Source of the DNA: Qipengyuania sp. | GTDB lineage: Bacteria; Pseudomonadota; Alphaproteobacteria; Sphingomonadales; Sphingomonadaceae | Assembly (NCBI RefSeq): GCF_043423005.1 | Contig: NZ_JBHWMI010000029.1 | Location: forward strand, 196-64,195 | DNA length: 64,000 nucleotides | Direction of reading: 5' to 3' | Notes under the pieces: generated by a model | The model's database searches: none | The model's input: only the letters and a program-made list of their open reading frames with translations | Told to the model about the DNA's origin: nothing | Shown: piece after piece, positions 47,943-58,832 of the stretch | Numbering within the stretch: the stretch's first letter is position 1 | Layout: the number at the start of each line of letters is the position of its first letter | Program-made: the position numbers and the translations under genes

Positions 47943-49276
47943 CAGAACTGTGTCACTTCGACTTCGAGCTTGCGGAAGCCATGGACGAAATTGGCACGCA
48001 CCCGCTCCACATCGCCCGCCACATGCACCCGCAGCCGCCGCCGGTGCATTTCTTCCAGCAGTACCCGCAGCTGCAATTCCGCCAGCCGCGCGCCCACGCA
48101 GCGGTGGATGCCGTAGCCGAAGGCGAGATGGCGGCGGGCATTTTCACGGGTGATGTCCAGCTTGTCCGCGGCCTCGAAGACCGTTTCGTCGCGATTGGCG
48201 GAAAGATACCACAGGATGACCTTGTCGCCCTTGCGGATATGCTGGCCGAACTGCTCGGTATCCTCGGTGCAGGTGCGCCGCATATGGGCAAGGGGCGTCT
48301 GATAGCGGATGCATTCCTGTACCGCATTGGGGATGAGGTCGGGCCGGGTCTCGAACAGCTTGCGTTGATCGGGGAACCTGTCGAAGGCATGGATGATGCC
48401 GCTCATCGTGTTGCGGGTGGTATCGTTGCCCCCGACGATCAGCAGCACCAGATTGCCCATGAATTCTTCCGGGCTTTGCTGGTTCATCGCGTCGGAATGG
48501 ATCATCATCGAGATAAGATCGTCGCCGCCCTCGCCGCGTGCCCGTTCGCCCCACAGGCTCATGAAATAGGCGGCCATTTCGCGCAGGACCGCCCGGCGCG
48601 TCGGATCGAGATCGCGCACTGTCGCCAGTTCGGTATCGCCGGCCCAGTCCGACCAGAAGGTCAGCAGGCGGCGGTCCTCCCAAGGGAAGCCGAACAGGAT
48701 CGCGAGCATTCCGGTGGTCAGTTCGATCGAAACCGTTTCGACCCAGTCGAACACCTCGCCCCGCGGCAGCCGGTCGAGCACCTCGCCGGTGCGTGCACGG
48801 ATTTCGGCCTCCATGTCGTCCATCGCGGACGGGGTGAACTTGGGTGCCACGGTACGGCGCTGCCCGGTATGCTTGGGCCGGTCCATGGCGATGAACATCG
48901 GCAGCTCGAACCGCTCGAGCCCGGCGGCGGCCAGTTCGTCGTCGCTCATCCGGTTGATGATGGTAATCCCGCCATGCTCCCAGCTCGACGAGAAGAGCTC
49001 GGGCAGGGCCTCGATGTGCTGGATCGCCTTGTGCTGGACGACCGCCCAGTAGGGACCGAAGGGGCTGTCGTCGATGTAATGCAAGGGGCCGGCGGCGCGC
49101 ATATCGGCGAAGATCGGCTGCCAGCGATCCTCGGCATAGATGTCCGAGCGGCTGACGTCCCATTTGTGCGGATGCAAAGGGTGGGCGTCGGGATGCTCGG
49201 CGAAATGGCGCTTCAACGCCTCGTAGGCGGTCGGCTCGGTGCGGCAGGGCGGGCGCACGGCGAGGGTGGTGGCCAT
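47942..49276 (-). CDS. Cytochrome P450 (CYP153-like)
   Basis: MFIAMDRPKH, LLIVGGNDTT, ECIR, FGYGIHRCVG. Confidence 0.93.
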   Translation of the reverse strand: MATTLAVRPPCRTEPTAYEALKRHFAEHPDAHPLHPHKWDVSRSDIYAEDRWQPIFADMRAAGPLHYIDDSPFGPYWAVVQHKAIQHIEALPELFSSSWEHGGITIINRMSDDELAAAGLERFELPMFIAMDRPKHTGQRRTVAPKFTPSAMDDMEAEIRARTGEVLDRLPRGEVFDWVETVSIELTTGMLAILFGFPWEDRRLLTFWSDWAGDTELATVRDLDPTRRAVLREMAAYFMSLWGERARGEGGDDLISMMIHSDAMNQQSPEEFMGNLVLLIVGGNDTTRNTMSGIIHAFDRFPDQRKLFETRPDLIPNAVQECIRYQTPLAHMRRTCTEDTEQFGQHIRKGDKVILWYLSANRDETVFEAADKLDITRENARRHLAFGYGIHRCVGARLAELQLRVLLEEMHRRRLRVHVAGDVERVRANFVHGFRKLEVEVTQF

Positions 49277-49388
49277 CGTCTCTCCTCAGGCACCGCGCGT
49301 GGGGCCGGGGCCGGGCGGTATCCTGCGCCCAGCGCCGCCAGTGTCAAGCATGGTTTCATTTGCGAACATGTGCGCCGCCGGGGCGTTC

Positions 49389-50582
49389 TCAGCGCGCGGT
49401 TGCCGGGCGCCGGGCGGGCCCGGATTTCATGACCTTGCGCCGGAACAAGGTGGCACCGATGCGGACGAACAGGGTGACCCACACGGCCTGCCAGGCAAGC
49501 GCCAGAAGGTGCGGCCACAGCGCGTCCGACTGCGCCGCGCGGGCGACCATCGCATAGGGCGAGGACAGCGGGAAGATGGCCGAGAACAGTTCGACCGGCG
49601 ATCCGGGCGAACCGAGCGCAAAGGTCGAGAGGAAAAACACCGCCAGTTGCAGGATCGTGGCCGGCATCGACAGTGTCTGGACGTCGCGCACCGTTGGCGC
49701 CATCGAGCCGATCGTCAGGAATACCGAGCCGATCAGCAGATAGCCCATCGAAAAATACAGCACGAACAAAGTCACGAACAAGGGCCAGCCTACCGCCGGG
49801 TCCGGCACCTCGGGCACGGCTGCCCCGCCTGCACCGATGATCAGGAGGGCCAGCGAACCCCATACCGCAATACCGAGGAAGCTCAGCGCCAGCATGGCGA
49901 ACAGCTTGCCGATGAAGACCGCATCCATCGGAATGGCGGCGGCGAGGATCTCGATGATCTTGTTGGCCTTTTCCTCCACTAGATTGGACAGGACCATGCC
50001 CGCCAGCAGCATGGTCAGGAGGAACAGCAGGGTCACCGCCCCGGTCGCGGTCGCCACGCGCGAACTGCGGGTGTTGGCGACGCTGGACCGGGTCGGTTCG
50101 AGGGCGATGGCCGGAAGGGTTCCCGAGGCATCGCCGCGCGCCTGCGCTGCGATGAGGGCGACCTCGCCCTGCCAGGCCTCGATCCGCTCGGCCGTTCCGA
50201 CGAGGCGCGGTGCGGCCAGGCTGCCCGCCAGCACGGCCCCGTAATTGGCGCTATCGTCGGCCAGCAGCGCGGCGGTATCGCGCGTCCCGTCTGCCGGAAC
50301 CTGCCGGATCGGGGGCAGCTCCACCGCGTCTTCGAGATAGGCATGGGCGGCGGTAAAGCGCGCCGCCTCTTGGGCCGGCAGCGCCACGGCGAGCCGGGCG
50401 GGCGCCGCGCTTGTTGCCGCCTTCGCGCCGAGCGACCCTGCCACCACGCTGATGCCGAGGAAGAACAGCGGGCCGAGGAGGAACAGCACGAAGGCCTTGG
50501 AAAAGAGGATGGCGCGAAAATCGCGCCGGGCGACGACATAGGCGGCGCGGATCAGGCCGAGGCGCGCGGTGGCGATGGTCAT
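49389..50582 (-). CDS. ABC-2 type transporter permease
   Basis: VEEKANKIIEIL, multiple TM segments. Confidence 0.88.
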   Translation of the reverse strand: MTIATARLGLIRAAYVVARRDFRAILFSKAFVLFLLGPLFFLGISVVAGSLGAKAATSAAPARLAVALPAQEAARFTAAHAYLEDAVELPPIRQVPADGTRDTAALLADDSANYGAVLAGSLAAPRLVGTAERIEAWQGEVALIAAQARGDASGTLPAIALEPTRSSVANTRSSRVATATGAVTLLFLLTMLLAGMVLSNLVEEKANKIIEILAAAIPMDAVFIGKLFAMLALSFLGIAVWGSLALLIIGAGGAAVPEVPDPAVGWPLFVTLFVLYFSMGYLLIGSVFLTIGSMAPTVRDVQTLSMPATILQLAVFFLSTFALGSPGSPVELFSAIFPLSSPYAMVARAAQSDALWPHLLALAWQAVWVTLFVRIGATLFRRKVMKSGPARRPATAR

Positions 50583-51556
50583 GCCGGCATCTCCCCATTG
50601 CCTTCGGCCATTGCCCGGGCCGCCGCGGCGCCGGCGATCTCGACGAAGGCGTCATGCAGCCCCGCCCGCTCGACCGAGAAGGAGAGGACCCCTGCATTGC
50701 CTTCGATGAGATCGCGCATCAGTGCTTCGATCCCGCTATCGGGCAAGGGAAAATACCAGAAATGGCTGCCGCCGGGCTTGCTTTCCTGCCGCGTCGACGG
50801 GGGCAGCGCCCGGCGCCACGGCCCGTCGCCGGCGCGGGTTTCGAGCCGCACCTGGGCCGGGATCCGGTCCCGCGCCTCGTCGACCGACCCGGCGTAGGGA
50901 ACCTGCCCGCCGGCGATGATCGCGACATCGTTGCACAATCGCTCGGCATGGTGGATCACATGGGTCGAGAAGATCACCGTGGCCCCGTCCGCGGCGAGGT
51001 TGCGGATGGTCGTCTCGAGCTTGCCCTGATTGAGAGCGTCGAGCCCGCTGAAGGGTTCATCCAGCACCACCAGCCGCGGACGATGGACCAGCGTGCCGAG
51101 GAGCTGCACCGTCTGCGCCATGCCCTTCGACAGTTCGCGGATCCTGCGCGTCACCGCATGGCCGAGACCGTGCTGTTCCAGCAGTTCGCGTCCACGCCTC
51201 TGCCCTTCGGCCACCGGCAGTCCGCGCAGCGCACCCATGAAGCCGATCGCCTCGTCGCAGCGCATGGAGGGATAGAGGCCGCGCTCTTCCGGCAGATAGC
51301 CGATCAGCCGCGCGATGTCCTGCGGACGGTCATGCCCGAACACGCGGCGCACGCCTGCATCGGGATCGATGATGCCGAGCAGCATCCTCAGCGTCGTCGT
51401 CTTGCCCGCCCCGTTGGGGCCGAGGATGCCGTAGATCGCCCCTTCCGGAACCGCGATGTCGACCCCGTCGACCGCGAGGGTTTTGCCGAAGCGCTTGACC
51501 AGCCCCTGCGCCTCGATCGCCAGCACGGGCTTGCTGTCATGCATGTCAGGCGACAT
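50579..51556 (-). CDS. ABC transporter ATP-binding protein
   Basis: GPNGAGKTT, YLPEERGLY, LSKGM, LDEPFSGLD; start uncertain. Confidence 0.9.
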   Translation of the reverse strand: MSPDMHDSKPVLAIEAQGLVKRFGKTLAVDGVDIAVPEGAIYGILGPNGAGKTTTLRMLLGIIDPDAGVRRVFGHDRPQDIARLIGYLPEERGLYPSMRCDEAIGFMGALRGLPVAEGQRRGRELLEQHGLGHAVTRRIRELSKGMAQTVQLLGTLVHRPRLVVLDEPFSGLDALNQGKLETTIRNLAADGATVIFSTHVIHHAERLCNDVAIIAGGQVPYAGSVDEARDRIPAQVRLETRAGDGPWRRALPPSTRQESKPGGSHFWYFPLPDSGIEALMRDLIEGNAGVLSFSVERAGLHDAFVEIAGAAAARAMAEGNGEMPA

Positions 51557-51632
51557 GGCGGAAGTCGGAGCGACGGCAGTGGCGATCATTCCTCCGATTA
51601 GGCGCGGGCGATGAAACGGAGCAACAGCAGAA

Positions 51633-52697
51633 TTGGTTAATGCCGCATCACTTGCCGGCCTGCAGGTTGACCTGAAGGAGCAGGCGCGCGCCTTGGGGTT
51701 CGCTGCCTGCGGTTTCGCGCCGGCGGCCATGGACCCGTTGCGGACGGAGAGGCTCGAACGCTGGCTGGGTGACGGCGCGCATGGCGACATGGAATGGATG
51801 GTGGCGCGCAAGGACCAGCGGGCCAGCCCGCAAGGCCTGTGGCCCGCGGCGCAAAGCGTCATCGCGCTGGGCATGAGTTATGCCCCCGATGGCGATCCGC
51901 TGGCGCTTGCCGAGGCGGGCGAGATCGGTCGCATATCGGTGTATGCGCAGGGGCGCGATTATCACGACGTCGTCAAGAAGGCGCTCAAGGCCCTTGCCCG
52001 CTGGCTGATCGACCGTGCGCCGGAAAGCGAGCTCAAGGTGTTCGTCGATACCGCGCCGGTGATGGAAAAGCCGCTCGGCCAGGCGGCGGGGATCGGGTGG
52101 CAGGGCAAGCACACCAACCTCGTGAGCACCCGGCACGGCAGCTGGCTGTTCCTCGGCGCGATCTATTCGACGCTGCCGTTCGTCCCCGATGCGCCGCATC
52201 CCGATCGCTGCGGCTCGTGCGATGCATGTCAGCGCGCCTGCCCGACCGATGCCTTCCCCGCGCCCTACCGCCTCGATGCGCGGCGCTGCATTTCCTACCT
52301 CACGATCGAGCACAAGGGGCCGATCCCGCACGAGTTCCGGGCAGCTCTCGGCAACCGCATCTACGGCTGCGACGATTGCCTCGCGGTCTGCCCGTGGAAC
52401 AAGTTCGCCGATACCGCGCACCGGCACATGAAGCTGGCCCCGCGCGCCGACCTGTCCGCCCCCCGGCTGGCCGATTTCCTCGCGTTCGACGATGCCGGCT
52501 TCCGCGCGTTCTTCTCCGGTTCGCCGATAAAGCGGGTGGGCCGTGACCGGTTCGTGCGCAATTGCCTGTATGCCGCGGGCAACAACGGAGCGGCGATGCT
52601 GATCCCGCAGGTCGAGCGGCTGTGCAGCGATCCCGATCCGGCGGTGGCGGACGCGGCGCACTGGGCGCTGGCCCGGCTGACTAGAGCATATCCTTGA
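51633..52697 (+). CDS. queG: Epoxyqueuosine reductase
   Basis: [50 protein letters not shown]. Confidence 0.96.
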   Translation: MVNAASLAGLQVDLKEQARALGFAACGFAPAAMDPLRTERLERWLGDGAHGDMEWMVARKDQRASPQGLWPAAQSVIALGMSYAPDGDPLALAEAGEIGRISVYAQGRDYHDVVKKALKALARWLIDRAPESELKVFVDTAPVMEKPLGQAAGIGWQGKHTNLVSTRHGSWLFLGAIYSTLPFVPDAPHPDRCGSCDACQRACPTDAFPAPYRLDARRCISYLTIEHKGPIPHEFRAALGNRIYGCDDCLAVCPWNKFADTAHRHMKLAPRADLSAPRLADFLAFDDAGFRAFFSGSPIKRVGRDRFVRNCLYAAGNNGAAMLIPQVERLCSDPDPAVADAAHWALARLTRAYP

Positions 52698-53907
52698 GCG
52701 GCACTTCGGCATCGGCGAGCAGGTCCGGCGCGATGACCGCGCGTGCCTCGACCAGCTTGCGACCCTGCGCGTAATCACGGGTGTTGTTCACGCAATCGAG
52801 CGCGATGACCCGCCCCTCCTTGAGGTAGATCACGCTGAACTTGCGCTCCGCCGGGTCGCCGCGAAGCACGGTCGCATCATGCCCGGCAGAGAGGCCCGCG
52901 GTCTGCAGGCGCAGATCGTACTGGTTCGACCAGAACCACGGGACGGCGGCGTAGGGTGTCCGCTCGCCCATGATTTCCCGCGCCGCGACATTGGCCATGT
53001 CGTTGGCGTTCTGCACCGATTCGAGACGGATGACCTGACTGTCGGCAAAGGCATTGGCATGCGCCGCGCAGTCCCCGATGGCATAGACATCGTCGAGCGA
53101 GGTGCGGCAGAACTCGTCGACATCGACCCCGTTGCTGCCGGCTGCACCGGCTGCGATCAGCGGTCCGACCGCGGGCACGATCCCGATTCCGGCGATGACG
53201 ACGTCCGCCGGCAGCACGGTCCCGCTGGACAGGACGACGCGGGCAACGCGCCCGCCCTCGCCCTCGATCCGTTCGATGCTGGTGCCGAACCTGAGGTCGA
53301 CCCCGTGGGCGCGGTGTTCGGCAGCGAAGAAATCCGACAGTTCCGGCCCGGCAACCCGCGCCATCGCACGCTCCAGCGCCTCGACGACGGTCACTTCGCA
53401 GCCGAGCTTGGTGAGGGATGCCGCCGCCTCCAGTCCGATATATCCGGCGCCGGCGATCACCACCTGCCGCGCGCCTGCCGCCAGCTCCTCGCGCAGGGTA
53501 TCGACATCGCGCCGGCTGCGGACCGCGTGAATCCCCGCAAGGTCCGCCCCGCTGCACGACAGGCGGCGGGGGTCGCCGCCGCCGGCCCAGATCAGCTTGC
53601 GGTAGGTGACGGTGCCGCCATCGGAGAGTATGAGGCTGTGCGCCTCGGCATCGAGCGTGTCGGCATTGCAGCCGAGCCGCAGGGTGATGCCACGTTCGTT
53701 CCAGAAGGCTTCCGGTCGGATCAGGATCCGCTCGAAGGGCTTCTCGCCGCTGAGGTAGTCCTTCGACAGCGGCGGACGCTCGTACGGAGGATTGCGATCG
53801 CGGCTCAGCAGCAGGATCGGTTCGGCGTGCCCCGCCTGGCGCAGCGATAGCGCGGCCTGCGCCCCGCCGTGGCCCGATCCCACGATCACGACATCGAAAT
53901 GTTCCAT
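52681..53907 (-). CDS. FAD-dependent ferredoxin reductase
   Basis: [42 protein letters not shown]. Confidence 0.92.
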   Translation of the reverse strand: MEHFDVVIVGSGHGGAQAALSLRQAGHAEPILLLSRDRNPPYERPPLSKDYLSGEKPFERILIRPEAFWNERGITLRLGCNADTLDAEAHSLILSDGGTVTYRKLIWAGGGDPRRLSCSGADLAGIHAVRSRRDVDTLREELAAGARQVVIAGAGYIGLEAAASLTKLGCEVTVVEALERAMARVAGPELSDFFAAEHRAHGVDLRFGTSIERIEGEGGRVARVVLSSGTVLPADVVIAGIGIVPAVGPLIAAGAAGSNGVDVDEFCRTSLDDVYAIGDCAAHANAFADSQVIRLESVQNANDMANVAAREIMGERTPYAAVPWFWSNQYDLRLQTAGLSAGHDATVLRGDPAERKFSVIYLKEGRVIALDCVNNTRDYAQGRKLVEARAVIAPDLLADAEVPLKDML

Positions 53908-53956
53908 ATGAGCCAAGGCTGGCGGCAAACCCCTGCCCGGTCAACCCGGGCGAGGG

Positions 53957-56900
53957 TCAGCGCACCAGGAGGTTGCGTGCCATGCTGGCGATCTGAGCCA
54001 GCATCGCAGGCGCGACGATCGTCTGGTTCTGTGCCCTTGCGACCAGCTGCCGGAACTGGCGCACGGCCCGGCGATGATCCTCCAGCCAGGCGACCACCGC
54101 CGCCTCGATGTCCACCTTGCCGGTGGCATCGCGCGAGAGGCGCCGAAGCAGTTCGAGGCGCATCTGCTGGAAATCCCGCGCGAGGCCCGATACCAGCAAC
54201 CGCTCCCATACGTCCGAAGGGTTCATCAGTGCCGCGGTGCTCTGCGCCCAGTCGAGCCCGAGTTCTCCGCCCACGCGCACGAAGCTGTTGGTCAGCGCGG
54301 CCCCGTCGAGCCCGGTTTCGCGGGACAGCTGCGCAAGGCCGACCGTCCCGTCGAGATCGAACAGGTGGGTGACCTTGCGCGCCAGATCCTCGCTCGCGCC
54401 GATTTCGATCAGGCTGGTGCGGAGCCGGTTCGACTGTGCCTGGATCTCGGGGCTGAGGAAATTGGCCAGGGCATGGTCAAGCTGCGAGACGCCATCACGC
54501 AGGTCGGCCACCAGGGCGGCGGGACGGACCCTGCCGCCTGCGCTGCGCAATACGTCCGACATCAGGTTGGCGATGGCTGCCGCCAGCCGGTCGAACAGCT
54601 CCAGCCGGGCGCGTTCCGCGATCGGCGCGCGGTCGAGATCGTCCCACAGCGTCCCCAAGTCGAACAGGTGTACCGCCGCGACGAAGGCCGCGGCCACCTG
54701 CGCCAGATCGACGCCCTCTTCCTCGGCAAGTTCGGCGGCATGGACGATGCCCATCCGGTTGACGAGCAGATTGGCAAGCTTGGTGGCGATGATCTCGCGG
54801 CGCAGGCGATGCTCGGCGATCTCCTTGCCGAAGCGGTCCTGCATGGGTGAGGGAAAGCTCCTCAACAGCAGCGGTTCGAGCAGCGGATCGTCGGGCAGCG
54901 CACTGTGTTCGATCGCCTCCTGCAGGACCAGTTTGGTCGAGGAGAGGAGGATCGCCAGCTCGGGCCGGGTCAGCCCGGTGCCATCGGCCGCGCGGCGCAG
55001 CAGCGCCTGGCTTTCGGCCAGCCCTTCGGTTTGCCGATCGAGATTGCCGCCGGCCTCGAGCGTATCGATCAATTGCAGCTGCGCCGCCATGGCCGCGGGG
55101 CCGCCGGCCTCGGCAATCGAAAGCGCCAGCGCCTGCAGGCGATTGTCCTCCAGCACCAGAGCCGCGACCTCGTCGGTCATTTCGCCCAGCAGGGCGACGC
55201 GATCGGGCTCGGTCAGCTTTCCCGAACGCTTGGCAGCGGCGAGGGCGATCTTGATGTTTACCTCGTTGTCCGAACAATCGACCCCGGCGGAATTGTCGAT
55301 GAAGTCGGTGTTGATCCGCCCGCCGGCGAGCGCGAATTCGATCCGTCCCTGCTGCGTCACCCCGAGGTTGGCGCCTTCGCCCACCACCTTGGCGCGTACG
55401 CTCGCAGCATCGACGCGCAGACCGTCATTGGCGGGATCGCCGACCTGCACGTTGTTCTCCGCCGCGGCCTTGATGTAGGTACCGATGCCACCGAACCACA
55501 ACAGGTCGACCGGTGCCTTGAGGATCGCGGAGATGAGGGCCTCGGGCTCGAACTCGGCCTGATCGACACCCAGCGCCGCCTGCGCTTCGGGGCTGAGCTG
55601 GATGACCTTGGCATCGCGCGGAAACACCCCGCCGCCGGGAGAGATGAGGCTGGCGTCATAATCCCCCCAGCTCGACCGCGGCAACTCGAACATTCGCTTG
55701 CGTTCGGCCCAGCTGGTCTGCGGCGCGGGATCGGGGTCAATGAAGATGTGCCGGTGATCGAAGGCCGCGACCAGCTTGATCGCCTGCGATAGCAGCATGC
55801 CGTTGCCGAACACGTCGCCCGACATGTCGCCGCAGCCGGCCACGCGCACCGGCTTGGTCTGGACGTCGATCCCCTGCTCAAGAAAATGCCGCTGGACCGA
55901 TACCCACGCCCCGCGCGCGGTGATCCCCATCGCCTTGTGATCGTAACCCTTCGAACCGCCGCTGGCGAAGGCATCGTCGAGCCAGAAATCGCGGGCTTCG
56001 GCGATCGCATTGGCGACATCGGAAAACTTGGCCGTCCCCTTGTCCGCGGCGACGACGAAATAGGGGTCCTCGCCATCGGTGACGACCACGCCTTGCGGAT
56101 GGACCACCTTGTCGTCGACGATGTTGTCGGTGACGGAAAGCAGGGTGCGGATGAAGGTCTCGTAGCTCGCCTGTCCTTCCGCTGCCCAGCCTTCGCGGTC
56201 GAGCGCGGGATCGGGAAGCTGCTTGGGATAGAAGCCGCCCTTCGCACCGGTCGGCACGATGACCGCGTTCTTGACCCGCTGCGCCTTCATCAGGCCGAGG
56301 ATTTCGGTGCGGAAGTCGTCCCGCCGGTCCGACCAGCGCAGGCCCCCGCGCGCGACCGGTCCGGCGCGCAGGTGAATCCCCTCGACCTGCCGCGAATAGA
56401 CGAAGATCTCGCGCCACGGCACCGGCTTGGGAAGCCCGGGAACGAGCTTGCTGTCGATCTTGAAGGCGAGCGCCTCTGCCGCGGCCGGTGCGAAAGCGTT
56501 GGTGCGCAGGATCGCCTCGATCAGCGACTGGTACAGCCGCAGCAACCGGTCGTCGTTGATCGCCTTGACGTTGGCGAGGCCGCGGCGGATGGTTTCGCGC
56601 GCGTCCCTCATTGCGGCCTCGCGCGCGTCGGCCGGGCCGAATTCGGGGTCGTGGCGGGCGGTGAACAGGGCGATCAGCGCCCGGGTGAGGGCCGGCGCCT
56701 TGGCCAGCGCGTCGACCACCGTGTAGATGGTGAAGCTCACCCCGGTCTGGCGCAGATAGCGGTAGAAGGCCCGCAGCCAGTTGGCTTCGCGTTCGGTCAG
56801 GTCGGCCTCGGCGACCAGCCGGTTGAAGGGATCGTTTTCGGAACCGCCGTTCAGCACCGAGGCGACGGCGCATTCGATCATGTCGGCACGCCCGGCCAGG

Positions 56901-58672
56901 GCATCCGCATCGAGCCCGGGCGCAAGGCGCAGGGCGAAATCGTGGATCGTGCCCAGCCGCCCCTCGTCGAGCATTGTGGGCACTTCGGATTGCACGTGGA
57001 AGCCGAAGTTCTCCAGCACCGGCACCGCGTCCGACAGGGGCAGGGTGCCTTCTTCCTGATACAGCTTGAGATGAAGGGTCGAGGTATCGTCGCGCTCGGT
57101 CCGGAACAGGCTCGCGTCGCGTTTGCGCAGAGCCGCCACGTCGTCGGCATGAGCCCGCAGGCCGCGCAACCGGGCGATGTCGAGGGCCGCCTGGCGGGGG
57201 CCGAAGCGGGTACGATAATCGGCGGGGAAGGCTTCGGCAAAGCGCAGCGCCACCGCGGCGGCACGGCCGGGCTCCTCATGCGCTGCAAGCTCGGTCTCGA
57301 CCGCTTCGGTCCACCCGCGCAGCATCGTCTGCAGGCGCGTTTCCAGGGCCGCCTCGTCGAGTGCGGCGTCGCTGTCGCGGATGTCGAGCGCGAACCGCAG
57401 CATCGCCAGATTGCCGCCCCCGACCTCGAGGCTCCAGTCGAGCAGACGGGTTTTTCCGTCCTCCTGCAGCATGTCCTGGATCTGCAGGCGAACCTGGGTC
57501 GCCACCATGTCCCGCGGCAGCCAGACGAAGGCGAACAGGTGCCGGGCGAGCGGGGCCTCGACCAGCGCGAGGCGCGGGCGGGGGCGATCCACCAGACCCA
57601 TCATGATCGTCGCGATGCGCTCGACGTCGGCTTCGGGGAAGCCGATCATCAGGTCGTGCGGCAGGGCGGTCAGGGCATGGACCAGCGCCTTGCCGGCATG
57701 GCCGGTTTCCTCGAAACCGAGCCGGTCGCGGATTTGCTCGAGCTGCCGGCGCAGGATCGGCACGTTCTTCGGCGGCGCGGCGAGCGCGGCGCTGGTCCAG
57801 ACTCCGGCGTGGACCGACAGCGCCGTCACCCGGTCGCCCTCGCGGCGCGGCACGATGAACAGGTCGAGCGGGACCCGGCGATGCACATGGCTGGTGCGGT
57901 TGGCCTTGACGATGAGAGGCGCCCGGGTGGCGCCCTCGGTGTCGAACCAGACAAAGGCGGCGTCCCACGAGGCATCGGCCATCAGGTCGGCCGAACTTGC
58001 CCGGCAGATGCCGAGCATTTCGTCCTGCTGGCCGTCGCGGCCCCGGACGAGATAGCCCAACTGGGTCAGCATGCCGGCTTCGAGCCACTCGAGCAGCGCG
58101 CGCCCTTCGCCGTCCTCGATCCGGGCGGCATCTGCCAGCAGCGCCTCGCGCATCCGGCCCCAGTCGGCAACGGCGACGTGGACATCCCCCAGCGCCTGCC
58201 GGATCGCCTGCTCGATCATGCGCCGACTGCGCGCATCGACCCGTTCGGTCTCGATGTAGATCATCGATTCGTGCGCGGCGCCGGCCGGATCGCCATCGAG
58301 GATCGCGGCGAGCCGGCCGTCCCCGGTGCGTTCGACCGGGATCACCGGGTGGACCAGCCGGTCGATCGGAACGCCCTGAGCGGAAATCGCGGCGGCGACC
58401 GAATCGACGAGGAACGGCATGTCGTCATTGACGAGGGCGATGCGGGTCATGCGCCGTCCCGTGCTGACGCTTTCGATCGCGATCGCGGCGGTTCCCGGCA
58501 TTCGCCGATAGGCATGGGCGGCGACGAACCGCGCGGCCTCGACCAATTCCGCCCCGCCGATCGGGGTGTCCCCGGGCAACAGCGAGCGTTCCATGCGCCC
58601 GGCGAGTGCGCTTGCCAGCCCCTCCGGCGCGGTCTCGGAGGAGGGCGGATTTGCGGCAGGTGTCGAGCCCAT
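53957..58672 (-). CDS. Large NAD-specific glutamate dehydrogenase
   Basis: DDMPFLVDS, ARGGLRWSDRRDDFRTE, VVAADKGTA, GDMSGDVFGNGML, DNSAGVDCSD. Confidence 0.96.
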   Translation of the reverse strand: MGSTPAANPPSSETAPEGLASALAGRMERSLLPGDTPIGGAELVEAARFVAAHAYRRMPGTAAIAIESVSTGRRMTRIALVNDDMPFLVDSVAAAISAQGVPIDRLVHPVIPVERTGDGRLAAILDGDPAGAAHESMIYIETERVDARSRRMIEQAIRQALGDVHVAVADWGRMREALLADAARIEDGEGRALLEWLEAGMLTQLGYLVRGRDGQQDEMLGICRASSADLMADASWDAAFVWFDTEGATRAPLIVKANRTSHVHRRVPLDLFIVPRREGDRVTALSVHAGVWTSAALAAPPKNVPILRRQLEQIRDRLGFEETGHAGKALVHALTALPHDLMIGFPEADVERIATIMMGLVDRPRPRLALVEAPLARHLFAFVWLPRDMVATQVRLQIQDMLQEDGKTRLLDWSLEVGGGNLAMLRFALDIRDSDAALDEAALETRLQTMLRGWTEAVETELAAHEEPGRAAAVALRFAEAFPADYRTRFGPRQAALDIARLRGLRAHADDVAALRKRDASLFRTERDDTSTLHLKLYQEEGTLPLSDAVPVLENFGFHVQSEVPTMLDEGRLGTIHDFALRLAPGLDADALAGRADMIECAVASVLNGGSENDPFNRLVAEADLTEREANWLRAFYRYLRQTGVSFTIYTVVDALAKAPALTRALIALFTARHDPEFGPADAREAAMRDARETIRRGLANVKAINDDRLLRLYQSLIEAILRTNAFAPAAAEALAFKIDSKLVPGLPKPVPWREIFVYSRQVEGIHLRAGPVARGGLRWSDRRDDFRTEILGLMKAQRVKNAVIVPTGAKGGFYPKQLPDPALDREGWAAEGQASYETFIRTLLSVTDNIVDDKVVHPQGVVVTDGEDPYFVVAADKGTAKFSDVANAIAEARDFWLDDAFASGGSKGYDHKAMGITARGAWVSVQRHFLEQGIDVQTKPVRVAGCGDMSGDVFGNGMLLSQAIKLVAAFDHRHIFIDPDPAPQTSWAERKRMFELPRSSWGDYDASLISPGGGVFPRDAKVIQLSPEAQAALGVDQAEFEPEALISAILKAPVDLLWFGGIGTYIKAAAENNVQVGDPANDGLRVDAASVRAKVVGEGANLGVTQQGRIEFALAGGRINTDFIDNSAGVDCSDNEVNIKIALAAAKRSGKLTEPDRVALLGEMTDEVAALVLEDNRLQALALSIAEAGGPAAMAAQLQLIDTLEAGGNLDRQTEGLAESQALLRRAADGTGLTRPELAILLSSTKLVLQEAIEHSALPDDPLLEPLLLRSFPSPMQDRFGKEIAEHRLRREIIATKLANLLVNRMGIVHAAELAEEEGVDLAQVAAAFVAAVHLFDLGTLWDDLDRAPIAERARLELFDRLAAAIANLMSDVLRSAGGRVRPAALVADLRDGVSQLDHALANFLSPEIQAQSNRLRTSLIEIGASEDLARKVTHLFDLDGTVGLAQLSRETGLDGAALTNSFVRVGGELGLDWAQSTAALMNPSDVWERLLVSGLARDFQQMRLELLRRLSRDATGKVDIEAAVVAWLEDHRRAVRQFRQLVARAQNQTIVAPAMLAQIASMARNLLVR

Positions 58673-58832
58673 CGATCTCTCTCGTTTGCCGAGCTGACGC
58701 CGTTTGCGCGCCCGGTCCATCATTGCGTCGCGCAGGTGGCGACCGTTCGCGCCGGGGACTAAGCGCGAAGCCCACGCTTCGCAAGCAGCCCCGTGCCCCC
58801 GGTGGGAATCATCGCCGCCCCGAGTGCACGGC

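Noticed and set aside
55886..58762. 958-aa plus-strand ORF and similar long shadow ORFs (e.g. 1193-2953, 3560-5266, 17876-19402, 21501-23156, 42073-43359)
   Set aside because: Antisense to well-supported genes; expected from high-GC codon bias; no motifs
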